Assembly: GCA_012862495.1 (NCBI GenBank)
Contig: BLSG01000001.1
Location: forward strand, 51,283 to 71,282
Length of the DNA: 20,000 nucleotides
DNA from: Thraustochytrium aureum
Taxonomy: Eukaryota
Reading direction: 5' to 3'
Shown piece after piece: positions 1 through 10,054 of the stretch (its first letter is position 1; every line of letters starts with the position of its first letter). Both the position numbers and the translations under genes were made by a program. Under the pieces are notes generated by a model that was not told where the DNA came from, ran no database searches, and saw only the letters and a program-made list of their open reading frames with translations.

Positions 1-786
1 CGCGGTCTCGGTTTGATCGACTAGCTGATGGTCAAGCTGTGTCAGCCTAAAAGGGCGTGGAGGCTCCTCCGCAGGCAAAAGACCTGCAGAGCTCGGCCTC
101 AGCTCACCTTGGTAGCGGTCGCCGCGGGTGCGCGCCGGGGCAAAGAGATCCATCGAGTTGAATGATGCCTCTCCGCGCCGCGATCCCTCAGGGAGGTCGC
201 GCAGTACCTCGAGCGTAGCTGCCGCGTTGCCGCCCCGAGGCTCGGCCAGTAATAGAGAACGCGAGCTACGCGCCGCTTGAGGGCGTGGCCGACGCTTGCG
301 CTTGCTGGACTGGATCTGCCGCGGTGGCGCTTCTTCCGCGTGAACAGCAGGCTCCGAAACCGGCTCCTGAATCGGCTCGCCCCTCGACGCCAACGGAGCG
401 CTCGAGCTAGATAGTCCTGCTTCTGAAGAGTCGCGGCTCGGCCTCGGAGCGCAGGACCCTCCAACGGCTGGCGCTGAGGCCGTGCGAGCTAGGCGCTCGC
501 TAGTCGCCTCTTCTCTGCGCAGTCGCGTTTGGCGATCAGCAGTGCGCTTCGCACGAAGTTCGGCCTGCACGACCTCATTCGCCGCGCGCGCCCGCTCCTC
601 TCGCAACCTTTGTGCGCGCTCGAGCATTTGCTTGTCGCCTCGCTCGTCATCCTCCCAGCCATCGACTCTGTCAGCCTTCCCGTCGGCCACGGCGCCAGCT
701 TGTCCGTCCATCACAAGCTGGCGAACGTGCGCCGCGGAGCCGTGGGCCAGGGCGCCATTGACCTGTTCGCCGTGCCCCGCCTCCAT
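1..786 (-). CDS. Hypothetical protein, 3'-partial (MEAGHGEQVNGALAHG...), with a charged coiled-coil-like segment and a basic KRKRRPR motif; probable intron at 107..25
   Basis: Manual translation from the ATG at 786 stays open to the window edge, so the ORF is absent from the track. It has an E/R/A-rich helix (MLERAQRLREERARAANEVVQAELRAKR). Splice signals: AAG|GTGAGC donor at 107, GCTGAC branch-like site at 46-41, CAG acceptor ending at 25. The start could lie further upstream. Confidence 0.55.
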   Translation of the reverse strand, partial: MEAGHGEQVNGALAHGSAAHVRQLVMDGQAGAVADGKADRVDGWEDDERGDKQMLERAQRLREERARAANEVVQAELRAKRTADRQTRLRREEATSERLARTASAPAVGGSCAPRPSRDSSEAGLSSSSAPLASRGEPIQEPVSEPAVHAEEAPPRQIQSSKRKRRPRPQAARSSRSLLLAEPRGGNAAATLEVLRDLPEGSRRGEASFNSMDLFAPARTRGDRYQGELRPSSAGLLPAEEPPRPFRLTQLDHQLVDQTETA

Positions 787-1378
787 GACTGCGCACTTGC
801 CAGACCGGCCAACGCAGCAAGTCCACGCAATCAGCAAGTCCGCGCTCTCCGCCACGGCAGGGGATCGCGCGGGCGTCGCTGGAGCTTGGCAAAGCTTGGC
901 AGCAAGCTTGCCGAGCCGGCCGCTGTCCAACACACGCAACCGGGACCGCCAGAGCAGCAAAGCGCAACAGGACAAGTCGCGCCAATCCACGAACGCCGCT
1001 CAATCCCGCCGGCGGCCTGCCCGGCGATCTGCCCTGCAATCTGCCGAGGCCTGCGCGTCCAGCGACGACAGCAGTCATTCACACTCGCTGGACCTCGCGG
1101 GTGGTCTCTGTCCCACCGCAACGGATACATCGCCGAGTTTTGCAACGGTGGATGCTGTTGACGCAGTCCACGATCGAAGCGGCGCTTGAGGCGGCACAGG
1201 TGGGTGGCGCGGGCGCTGGAGACTTGCACGTCTACTGGTGCTGGCGCCCGAGTGCTGGCGCTCGAGAGTTGGCGCTCGAGCTCTGGTGCTGTGGCTGGCT
1301 TGGTCTGGGGCGGGTCTGGCAACGGGCTTTTTGCCTTTTCTCTGCCCAACGGGACGTTCGAGCAATCGTGAGAGCGCG

Positions 1379-2550
1379 ATGGACGCGCTGGATAGCTCTT
1401 TTCAATATGAAGCCGAGTCTGGGCTGTGCGGAAGGACGGAGGCCGCGAGGCTGGCGTGCAGGGTTCGCGCGACGTGCTCGCTAGCCGCTGTTTTGCTCAT
1501 CGTAGGCGCTTCCTGCCTCGTCGCCTCTGTGGTTGGAGCGGTCGTTGACTTTAGTGATGACGAGGTGCACGCGTTTCACGAGACTTTCGAGACGTGGAAG
1601 CGGGGGAACTCGAGCTTTGACGCTCTCGCAGACGCCAAAGTCAGCGCGCGCCTCGTGTTCTCGGTGGGCAGTTCCACAGGCCTTCAACTGCGCCAGGGCC
1701 ACTGGCTCGCTCCGAGCGCGTATGCTCATCTTTCGAAGTGAAAGCGGCCATGCAAGATGACGCGTTGTCAGCGGGTTTGCCACCATTCTGGTTTCGTCCG
1801 TCGCAAGCTGTGGACGTCCTGCACGGGTTGGCCAGTGCGCAAGCCAGTTTGCTACGTTTGGAAGGCGTTGTAGAAACGCCTGAACTCGCTGCTGGCGTGC
1901 CTTTCTCTGAAGAGTCTACTGTGCAGGTGTTTTTGAAATTCGGTGACGGGAAAGAGCGCGCAGCTGGGCGGCCGCTGTCCCTTTTTCGCTTTGGCGACCA
2001 CATTCCGCCAAGTCCAGACGGCGAGTTGATGACCGAGCGCAAGTGCCGCAGAGAGTACGACGGCTTGCTGGCTGGCGGAAATTGCTTTCTGTTTGGGCGC
2101 CTTGATGGGTTTTGCTTTCGTGTCGAGCAAGATGCCGAGGGCGAGTGGGGTGTCTCTTCTGCGCCTGGCTGGAACGGGTGCCAATTTCGCTCGCCCGTTC
2201 ACGGGTCGCCCGCATACTATGCCCCACTCCGAGCTGACGCAAACGGTACGCTCGACCGCCCTGTTTCAAATCTGCAAGTTTTTGAGCGATTGCCAGTCGT
2301 CGTCATGTCGACGCAAGACCCGCTCGTGGTCCGCGAGGTGCTGGCTTCACAGCACAAGCTTGGCAGCGCGAGTTCGCTCTCGGTCGGCCCCTCGGGCCTT
2401 TTCCCAGCCTCCATCGTCCTGTTGGTACTCGGCTGCGTGCTCAGCATCTACCCGGTCGCAAACATCGTGTTCAGCCCGTCGCCGCGGTCCAGCCCACAGG
2501 TCTTCTACGAGTTCTCGCGGATCGACTTTGCTCACGATGCAAAGCCATAG
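1379..2550 (+). CDS. Two-TM membrane protein with a Cys-containing luminal loop, unknown function; joins track ORFs 1238..1741 and 1738..2550 (likely intron 1664..1738 plus one missing base)
   Basis: N-terminal hydrophobic helix (LAAVLLIVGASCLVASVVGAVV) and C-terminal helix (ASIVLLVLGCVLSIYPVANIV) flank a loop with four Cys and a VVMSTQDP motif. TCG|GTGGGC donor, TGCTCAT branch-like site and AAG acceptor; phase is restored only if a G is added at 1738/1739. Confidence 0.6.
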
Positions 2551-3018
2551 CCAGCCGCCACAGCGAACTCACATCTTGATAGCAATTCCCACGTGCAGAA
2601 ATTGCACGCCCTTCGCACACTCGCAATCGAACCAATCTGAGTTTGCTCTTGTAGGTCCTCGAGGACATCGTCGCGGTCATGCTCCTCCACAGAAACTCAC
2701 TCGCAATCAGCCGCCACAACGCGGTCCAGCATGTTCCCCAGCCCGTCCTCAATGACATCGTCGCAGTCTTGCACCTCCACGGACGGCAAACTCACTCGCA
2801 GTCGTGATCTCCTGCGCGTCCTGGATGGAGTTCATCCTCGCGTCCAATCCCTTATCGCAGCACGATCGCACGGCCCCGGGTCTTCCAAGCCTCTGCCCCC
2901 CGTACAAAACTACCGCGTAAAATAAGCAAAAGGAGGACGATGAATACCGGAAACCGTGCGAAAGTGTGGAGGATGCGCCAGGCGCTGGGCAGACCCGCAA
3001 CGCCAACGTGCACGCGGC

Positions 3019-3115
3019 GCAGAGCAGAGCGGAGCAGAGCGGAGCAGAGCAGACGACGCGAGAGCAGAGCAGAACGGAATAGAGCAGAACAGAGCAGCGC
3101 AGAGCAGCAGCGCAG
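3019..3115 (+). repeat. Imperfect (GCAGA)n pentanucleotide microsatellite upstream of the FUN14 gene
   Basis: gcagagcagagcggagcagagcggagcagagcaga...agagcagaacagagcagc seen directly. Confidence 0.85.
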
Positions 3116-3193
3116 GGTGATTGTTGTTGGCTGCTGGAGGAGGATCGCCAGGTTTTTTTCGCAGCTGCTCGCGAGCGCCAACGAGGCCGAAGG

Positions 3194-3943
3194 ATGTCGG
3201 AGCAAAGCAGCAATGACGCGGTGGCCGTCGCGCAAGGGGACTTGATCACTCGGCTGCTGCCGGCCGGGACGCAAATGTCGTTTGGGGCGATGAGCGGCGT
3301 CGCGGCTGGCTACGCGATGCGGCAAGGCGGCAAGGTGATGGGCGCGCTGCTTGGCGGCGGGTTCATGTTCGTGCAGTCGCTGGCGTACATGGGGTATGTG
3401 GAGGTGGACTGGCGCAAGGTCGAGCGCGACTACGGGCGCATTCTAGACCGCAACAAGGACGGCAAGGTGACCGCAGCGGACTTTCAGATGCTGCTGAACG
3501 ACACGACCGAGTTGCTCAAGTTCAACCTGCCTGCTGGCAGCGGTTTTGCGGCCGGGTTCACCTATGGCCTGAGCGGCTCGCTCAAGATCGCCGCCGGGTC
3601 CTCGCTCCTGTACGGGGGCGTCACGTCGGCCGCTCTTGGTGGGGTGCCCTACGACCTCTTCACGCAGCAGGGTCTGACGAAGCTCGCCAACGACGGGATG
3701 GCCGCGATCTCTGGAACGTCTGGCATGCTGTTGAACGCTGCGAGCAAACCCATCGACCGGAAGGCGGCGCTCGCGAGCACGCTCAACGGCCGCACAATCG
3801 ACGAGCTGCGGCAGCTGGAATTTGAAGTCAAGCACGACATCGGGGTGACTCGCGACTTGCTCGGCATCAAAGCGCTCGCGCCAGACCGCGACGAGCTGCT
3901 CGAGCAGATCGAGGCCTCCAAAAAATTTGTCAAGGGCCACTGA
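3194..3943 (+). CDS. FUN14-domain (FUNDC-like) membrane protein with an EF-hand-like loop and a C-terminal extension, 249 aa
   Basis: QMSFGAMSGVAAGYAMRQGGKVMGALLGGGFMFVQSLAYMGYVEVDWRKV and NLPAGSGFAAGFTYGL match the FUN14 pattern. DRNKDGKVTAAD fits the EF-hand D-x-N-x-D-G loop. Strong GC3 codon bias. Confidence 0.9.
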   Translation: MSEQSSNDAVAVAQGDLITRLLPAGTQMSFGAMSGVAAGYAMRQGGKVMGALLGGGFMFVQSLAYMGYVEVDWRKVERDYGRILDRNKDGKVTAADFQMLLNDTTELLKFNLPAGSGFAAGFTYGLSGSLKIAAGSSLLYGGVTSAALGGVPYDLFTQQGLTKLANDGMAAISGTSGMLLNAASKPIDRKAALASTLNGRTIDELRQLEFEVKHDIGVTRDLLGIKALAPDRDELLEQIEASKKFVKGH

Positions 3944-4820
3944 GAGAGTTTGACTTTTTTGCTGTTTCTCGCGCCGAATCGTGGCCAGTTGGTTGAGCCG
4001 AGGGTGGGTNNNNNNNNNNNNNNNNNNNNNNNNNNNNNNNNNNNNNNNNNNNNNNNNNNNNNNNNNNNNNNNNNNNNNNNNNNNNNNNNNNNNNNNNNNN
4101 NNNNNNNNNNNNNNNNNNNNNNNNNNNNNNNNNNNNNNNNNNNNNNNNNNNNNNNNNNNNNNNNNNNNNNNNNNNNNNNNNNNNNNNNNNNNNNNNNNNN
4201 NNNNNNNNNNNNNNNNNNNNNNNNNNNNNNNNNNNNNNNNNNNNNNNNNNNNNNNNNNNNNNNNNNNNNNNNNNNNNNNNNNNNNNNNNNNNNNNNNNNN
4301 NNNNNNNNNNNNNNNNNNNNNNNNNNNNNNNNNNNNNNNNNNNNNNNNNNNNNNNNNNNNNNNNNNNNNNNNNNNNNNNNNNNNNNNNNNNNNNNNNNNN
4401 NNNNNNNNNNNNNNNNNNNNNNNNNNNNNNNNNNNNNNNNNNNNNNNNNNNNNNNNNNNNNNNNNNNNNNNNNNNNNNNNNNNNNNNNNNNNNNNNNNNN
4501 NNNNNNNNNNNNNNNNNNNNNNNNNNNNNNNNNNNNNNNNNNNNNNNNNNNNNNNNNNNNNNNNNNNNNNNNNNNNNNNNNNNNNNNNNNNNNNNNNNNN
4601 NNNNNNNNNNNNNNNNNNNNNNNNNNNNNNNNNNNNNNNNNNNNNNNNNNNNNNNNNNNNNNNNNNNNNNNNNNNNNNNNNNNNNNNNNNNNNNNNNNNN
4701 NNNNNNNNNNNNNNNNNNNNNNNNNNNNNNNNNNNNNNNNNNNNNNNNNNNNNNNNNNNNNNNNNNNNNNNNNNNNNNNNNNNNNNNNNNNNNNNNNNNN
4801 NNNNNNNNNNNNNNNNNNNN

Positions 4821-4892
4821 GGCCTTGTACAGCTTGTCGTTGGCCGCCACGACGGGCGCCGTGACCTTGCGCAGCGCATCCCTCCAGACCAT
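4821..4892 (-). CDS. Possible 5' end of a gene running into the gap (MVWRDALRKVTAPVVAANDKLYKA...)
   Basis: ATG at 4892 followed by 24 GC3-rich codons up to the N gap; too short to identify. Confidence 0.35.
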
Positions 4893-5384
4893 TCTGGCCC
4901 CGTCCGCCAGCGCGCGGTCGGCTCGACTCTCTGCAGCCGCGTGGCCCGCCCCCGCGTTCGCGGTGCGCCTTCGCGGTGCGCGTTCCGCCAACCGGTTGGA
5001 GCACTTCCGCGCGACTCGCCCACAAAATGATGGATGGATGGAACGATGATCGACGGAGCGATGGACGTAATGGCGCGCGGAATCGCGGGCCGAGCCCGCC
5101 TCCCCGCGCTGCCGCACGCGCCCCTGGGCGCAAGGCGCCGCGCAGAGCAAAGCCGTGCGGTTGGCGAGCGCAGCGTCGAGCACAAGGCCCGAGGCCACCA
5201 GCTAAGACGAGGTCTTTCTCGTAGAGGTCTCGCTGGTGGCGGCTGCTGCGCTTGGGCCGCAGGCTCGGCGAGAAAGTGATGGACATGAACGAGGAAGACA
5301 ATCGTTTTCACTACATGCGTCAGGAACGGCCCGACCCAAGCGATCGTGGACGAGAACGCGGGTTGGGTGAAGCGAAAGAATGAT

Positions 5385-5969
5385 CTACACACGGCGAGCG
5401 AGCAGGCCCGCAGCGGCCAGCACCAGTGCGCCAGGCATCGTGGTGGATGCAGGGGATTCCTTCAGCGGCTTGACCGTGACGCTGTTGCACTTCAAGGAGC
5501 AGCCGCCAAACTCGTCGGCCCTGGACTTGCACAGGCTTGCGCCGAAATCGAGGCACTCGGCCAGGCAAGGAGCGAACGCCTCGTCAATCTCCTTTTGAAG
5601 AAACGCGCAACGTTGGGTCTGTGGCTTGATCGAAGCCACCTTGCCTGCAATGCAAGTAGAAGCCTTCTCGTAGTCACATTCTCCGAAGGAAAGCGCGCAG
5701 CTCGTGACGTTCGGGCAGCCTGGGTATTCGTTCTTGGGCACGGTCAGCTCAGAAGTCTCAATCGCGCACTTTGCAGCTGCCGCTTTGGCGCAGCCGCCCT
5801 CAGTCATGCACTTCTCGTACGTCCGCAGCATCGAGTCGACCTCGTCGCACGACACCCGCGGCGGGATGTCCTTTTTGCACCCTACTTCAACCAAGTCGCA
5901 GCGCACATCAGACGTGTCTGCGTTGGCCGCAGCGAAGAGGCCTGCACAAACGAGGAGACGGAGGTTCAT
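5385..5969 (-). CDS. Secreted, probably GPI-anchored Cys-rich surface protein (16 Cys in the mature region), 194 aa; paralog A
   Basis: Signal peptide MNLRLLVCAGLFAAANA; C-terminal small-residue site plus hydrophobic tail (SPASTTMPGALVLAAAGLLA); Cys pattern aligns with 7969..8631; CCAAG-ATG start. Confidence 0.85.
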   Translation of the reverse strand: MNLRLLVCAGLFAAANADTSDVRCDLVEVGCKKDIPPRVSCDEVDSMLRTYEKCMTEGGCAKAAAAKCAIETSELTVPKNEYPGCPNVTSCALSFGECDYEKASTCIAGKVASIKPQTQRCAFLQKEIDEAFAPCLAECLDFGASLCKSRADEFGGCSLKCNSVTVKPLKESPASTTMPGALVLAAAGLLARRV

Positions 5970-7968
5970 CTTGGCTTGGGTTGGCGTGTGCTTGGCTCTC
6001 GGGTTTCGGCTGTGCGAGAATTGCTTGGAGCTGTTGGGGGTCTGCTTTGCTCTGTCGTGCGTTCACTCGCGCTGCGTGTGGGTATGGCGTGTGTGGCGCT
6101 GGCCAGGCGTGACTGTCGAAGAACGAAGGGGTTGTCTGCGAACATCATTCTCGGGTGGGGGAGAAGGGCGTGAAGGGCAGAATGAGGGGAGAAAGGACAG
6201 TGCTGGACTGCCGAGAACGCCGAACGATTTCAGGCATGACGTGGATTGAAGGGCTCAAACGTACCCATGTGCTTGGAGTGTAGGGCTCCGTCTCCACATT
6301 CCGTTCACTCGTTGCCTCGCACTGGCTGGTGATTGCACTCTAGCTAGCTAGCTCCAGCTCCAGAGGAAGTATCACGCGCGTGTGCCCAAGCCAGCCGCGA
6401 GGCAGTCTTCACCAAGGAGGATCCGCCTTGGGACAGCGGCGAGTTGTGTGCAAGAACGACGTGTGTGTCTTCGCCTGAAAGCGGAGAACGCGCAGGCAGA
6501 ATCATGTGAGAAGAAGGGCTGGGATGTACGAGCTAGCTAGGAGATCAGCCTCCAGCGTGGCCAGTCTGGCGCTCCGAGTTGGCGATTCCTGGCGTTTGCT
6601 ACTGTGCGCACCGGTGTACTTCTCCTACCAATGGAGGACGCGTGGAGGTACCAGAACTACTACCGACACGATTTTGAGAAAAATCAACATTCAACATTCG
6701 AAATCACTCACGAACCTTCTTGTTTCTCACAAAACAAAAAAAATCTCATNNNNNNNNNNNNNNNNNNNNNNNNNNNNNNNNNNNNNNNNNNNNNNNNNNN
6801 NNNNNNNNNNNNNNNNNNNNNNNNNNNNNNNNNNNNNNNNNNNNNNNNNNNNNNNNNNNNNNNNNNNNNNNNNNNNNNNNNNNNNNNNNNNNNNNNNNNN
6901 NNNNNNNNNNNNNNNNNNNNNNNNNNNNNNNNNNNNNNNNNNNNNNNNNNNNNNNNNNNNNNNNNNNNNNNNNNNNNNNNNNNNNNNNNNNNNNNNNNNN
7001 NNNNNNNNNNNNNNNNNNNNNNNNNNNNNNNNNNNNNNNNNNNNNNNNNNNNNNNNNNNNNNNNNNNNNNNNNNNNNNNNNNNNNNNNNNNNNNNNNNNN
7101 NNNNNNNNNNNNNNNNNNNNNNNNNNNNNNNNNNNNNNNNNNNNNNNNNNNNNNNNNNNNNNNNNNNNNNNNNNNNNNNNNNNNNNNNNNNNNNNNNNNN
7201 NNNNNNNNNNNNNNNNNNNNNNNNNNNNNNNNNNNNNNNNNNNNNNNNNNNNNNNNNNNNNNNNNNNNNNNNNNNNNNNNNNNNNNNNNNNNNNNNNNNN
7301 NNNNNNNNNNNNNNNNNNNNNNNNNNNNNNNNNNNNNNNNNNNNNNNNNNNNNNNNNNNNNNNNNNNNNNNNNNNNNNNNNNNNNNNNNNNNNNNNNNNN
7401 NNNNNNNNNNNNNNNNNNNNNNNNNNNNNNNNNNNNNNNNNNNNNNNNNNNNNNNNNNNNNNNNNNNNNNNNNNNNNNNNNNNNNNNNNNNNNNNNNNNN
7501 NNNNNNNNNNNNNNNNNNNNNNNNNNNNNNNNNNNNNNNNNNNNNNNNNNNNNNNNNNNNNNNNNNNNNNNNNNNNNNNNNNNNNNNNNNNNNNNNNNNN
7601 NNNNNNNNNNNNNNNNNNNNNNNNNNNNNNNNNNNNNNNNNNNNNNNNNNNNNNNNNNNNNNNNNNNNNNNNNNNNNNNNNNNNCTTCTCCGGAAATGTC
7701 TTCATGAGGTTGGTCGCGCGCCACATCGGCACACTCGAGTACGTCAGACTCGACCGCGAGGCCGGCTCCTACGAGACCAGTCTGGAGTCTGGACCCTCTT
7801 CAGTTCAGAATGAATTGGAGTTCAGCACTTGCGCGCACAACAGGACAGGGACAACGAGTAGGCCGAGGCGTTCGCCGAGAATCAGATTATTGCGCTCACA
7901 AGCTCTACTACATCAGACGACGGCCCCGCGGCTCGCTTGGGGCCTGTTGGTGTCCCTCTGCGCGCCCA

Positions 7969-8631
7969 TTAATTGCAGTGGCCGCTGAGGGCGAGAAAGC
8001 CGGTCGCGGTGAGCGCAAGCGCGCCGGGCAGCGCGTTGGACGCGGAAGACTTGACCGCGTTGCAGTTGGTGGTCGTGCAACCCGATTCCAGCGCCATGTA
8101 CTCGCAGAGTTGCTCGCTGTAGTCGGTGCACTTGGCAAAGCAAGGAGCCACGATTTTGTCCATCACTGTTTGGAGATCCGTGCACAAGTTGCTCGAGCTT
8201 GTCTGGCCTAATTCAAGGTTCTTGTTGTAAATGCACGTCGCGACGTCAATGTAGTCACACCCTCCGAGCGGCAGGCCGCAGGCCACAACGTCTGGGCATT
8301 GTGGGAGTTTGTTGATGAGGTTTCCGTTGCTCCCCAACACAAACGCGCACGCAGGCGCGGAAATCTTGCTGCATCCCGCGTCGTCGACGCACCCTTCCAC
8401 AGCCCGGAGCGTTGTGTTGAGTTCGCTGCACTCGGTCGGGACCTGGGCTGCGTCGCATGCTTGGGCGCTACGCTTGCAGTCGCCCAGCTCCGCGTCCAAC
8501 GCGGCAAACTTGTGCGCGCTGCTGGTGGCGGGCTTTGCTGCAAGCACCGGGTTGAGACCGCTGAGTAGGTTGGCGAAATCGCCGTTCGTCCCGGCCACGA
8601 GGGCGGCGCAAAGGAGGGCGGCGAGCTTCAT
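7969..8631 (-). CDS. Secreted, probably GPI-anchored Cys-rich surface protein, 220 aa; paralog B
   Basis: Signal peptide MKLAALLCAALVAGTNG; tail SSASNALPGALALTATGFLAL; 16 Cys colinear with paralog A; CCAAG-ATG start. Confidence 0.85.
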   Translation of the reverse strand: MKLAALLCAALVAGTNGDFANLLSGLNPVLAAKPATSSAHKFAALDAELGDCKRSAQACDAAQVPTECSELNTTLRAVEGCVDDAGCSKISAPACAFVLGSNGNLINKLPQCPDVVACGLPLGGCDYIDVATCIYNKNLELGQTSSSNLCTDLQTVMDKIVAPCFAKCTDYSEQLCEYMALESGCTTTNCNAVKSSASNALPGALALTATGFLALSGHCN

Positions 8632-9303
8632 CTTGGTTTCCTGATAGTCGTCGAGTTTGCAATTCTATTGCTGGGTCTTCCGTGCTCTTCTTCGTTCGGG
8701 GTTTGCTCGCAAGAAGTCGTGCTCGAGGCCAAGCAGACCGTGTTCTTGGAGTCTCAGACACGAGGAGCAAGTGCACACCCTGGACACTTTCTCCGGTGGT
8801 GCCACAAATCTGACCTGACCGCAAGCAGCCGGCTTCCCGGGAGTACCTAACGGCTTGTGAGAGGTCCACAAGTCAAAGACGAACGCGGTGCAACCAACCT
8901 CCTGGCCAGGTGCAACTGCGAGCGCCTTCCTCGCAGCCCACTCGCACCTGCAGCAGCCTTCCTTGCAGCCAGCGCAGGCCGCCGAGCAGCTCGAGCTCTA
9001 GCTCGAGGGGGGCCGTCCGCGAGTTGCAGTACCTCTAGAGGTACGTACGGTCCGAGATGACCGCGCGTGCTGCGCGAGCGCTGGACGATAAGACGTGGCG
9101 AGCTGGCTTCGGGGTGGGCGACAGGAAATGCGTTCGTCAGCTGGCAGTTTGCCAACGCCAGGAACGCGTCCCCACAGGTTTACGTCGCTCAGGTCGAGCT
9201 GGCTACGTGGGGCAACGAAGGGGATGCGCCAGAGCTCATCAACGCATGCCGCGGCCGTGTTGCTTTGAGGCACTCAACGATTTCACGTCCGCGAGCTGGA
9301 ACA

Positions 9304-9337
9304 TGACGCGCTGGATCACGACGCGCTGGATCACGAC
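9304..9337 (+). repeat. Short 16-bp tandem duplication (gacgcgctggatcac-containing unit x2)
   Basis: tgacgcgctggatcacgacgcgctggatcacgac seen directly. Confidence 0.75.
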
Positions 9338-10054
9338 AAGCTAGTAGCCAGCAGGCGAGGTGAGGTGCTCGGACGAGCGGTCGCGCATGGGGCGCGACCG
9401 TGGGCGTTTACCCGGTCAGCAGGCGTGCNNNNNNNNNNNNNNNNNNNNNNNNNNNNNNNNNNNNNNNNNNNNNNNNNNNNNNNNNNNNNNNNNNNNNNNN
9501 NNNNNNNNNNNNNNNNNNNNNNNNNNNNNNNNNNNNNNNNNNNNNNNNNNNNNNNNNNNNNNNNNNNNNNNNNNNNNNNNNNNNNNNNNNNNNNNNNNNN
9601 NNNNNNNNNNNNNNNNNNNNNNNNNNNNNNNNNNNNNNNNNNNNNNNNNNNNNNNNNNNNNNNNNNNNNNNNNNNNNNNNNNNNNNNNNNNNNNNNNNNN
9701 NNNNNNNNNNNNNNNNNNNNNNNNNNNNNNNNNNNNNNNNNNNNNNNNNNNNNNNNNNNNNNNNNNNNNNNNNNNNNNNNNNNNNNNNNNNNNNNNNNNN
9801 NNNNNNNNNNNNNNNNNNNNNNNNNNNNNNNNNNNNNNNNNNNNNNNNNNNNNNNNNNNNNNNNNNNNNNNNNNNNNNNNNNNNNNNNNNNNNNNNNNNN
9901 NNNNNNNNNNNNNNNNNNNNNNNNNNNNNNNNNNNNNNNNNNNNNNNNNNNNNNNNNNNNNNNNNNNNNNNNNNNNNNNNNNNNNNNNNNNNNNNNNNNN
10001 NNNNNNNNNNNNNNNNNNNNNNNNNNNNNNNNNNNNNNNNNNNNNNNNNNNNNN

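Noticed and set aside
482..1189. Plus-strand ORFs of 235 aa and 210 aa
   Set aside because: S/R/A-rich antisense shadows of the minus-strand frame; no motifs
2749..3249. Cys/Leu-rich ORF (CSALLC repeats)
   Set aside because: Translation of the GCAGA microsatellite on the opposite strand
7685..7815. Coding-like fragment at the gap edge (FSGNVFMRLVARHIGTLEY on +, MWRATNLMKTFPEK on -)
   Set aside because: Strand ambiguous and too short to call
9057..9344. Short ORFs possibly from a mobile-element remnant
   Set aside because: No recognisable RT, transposase or other motif
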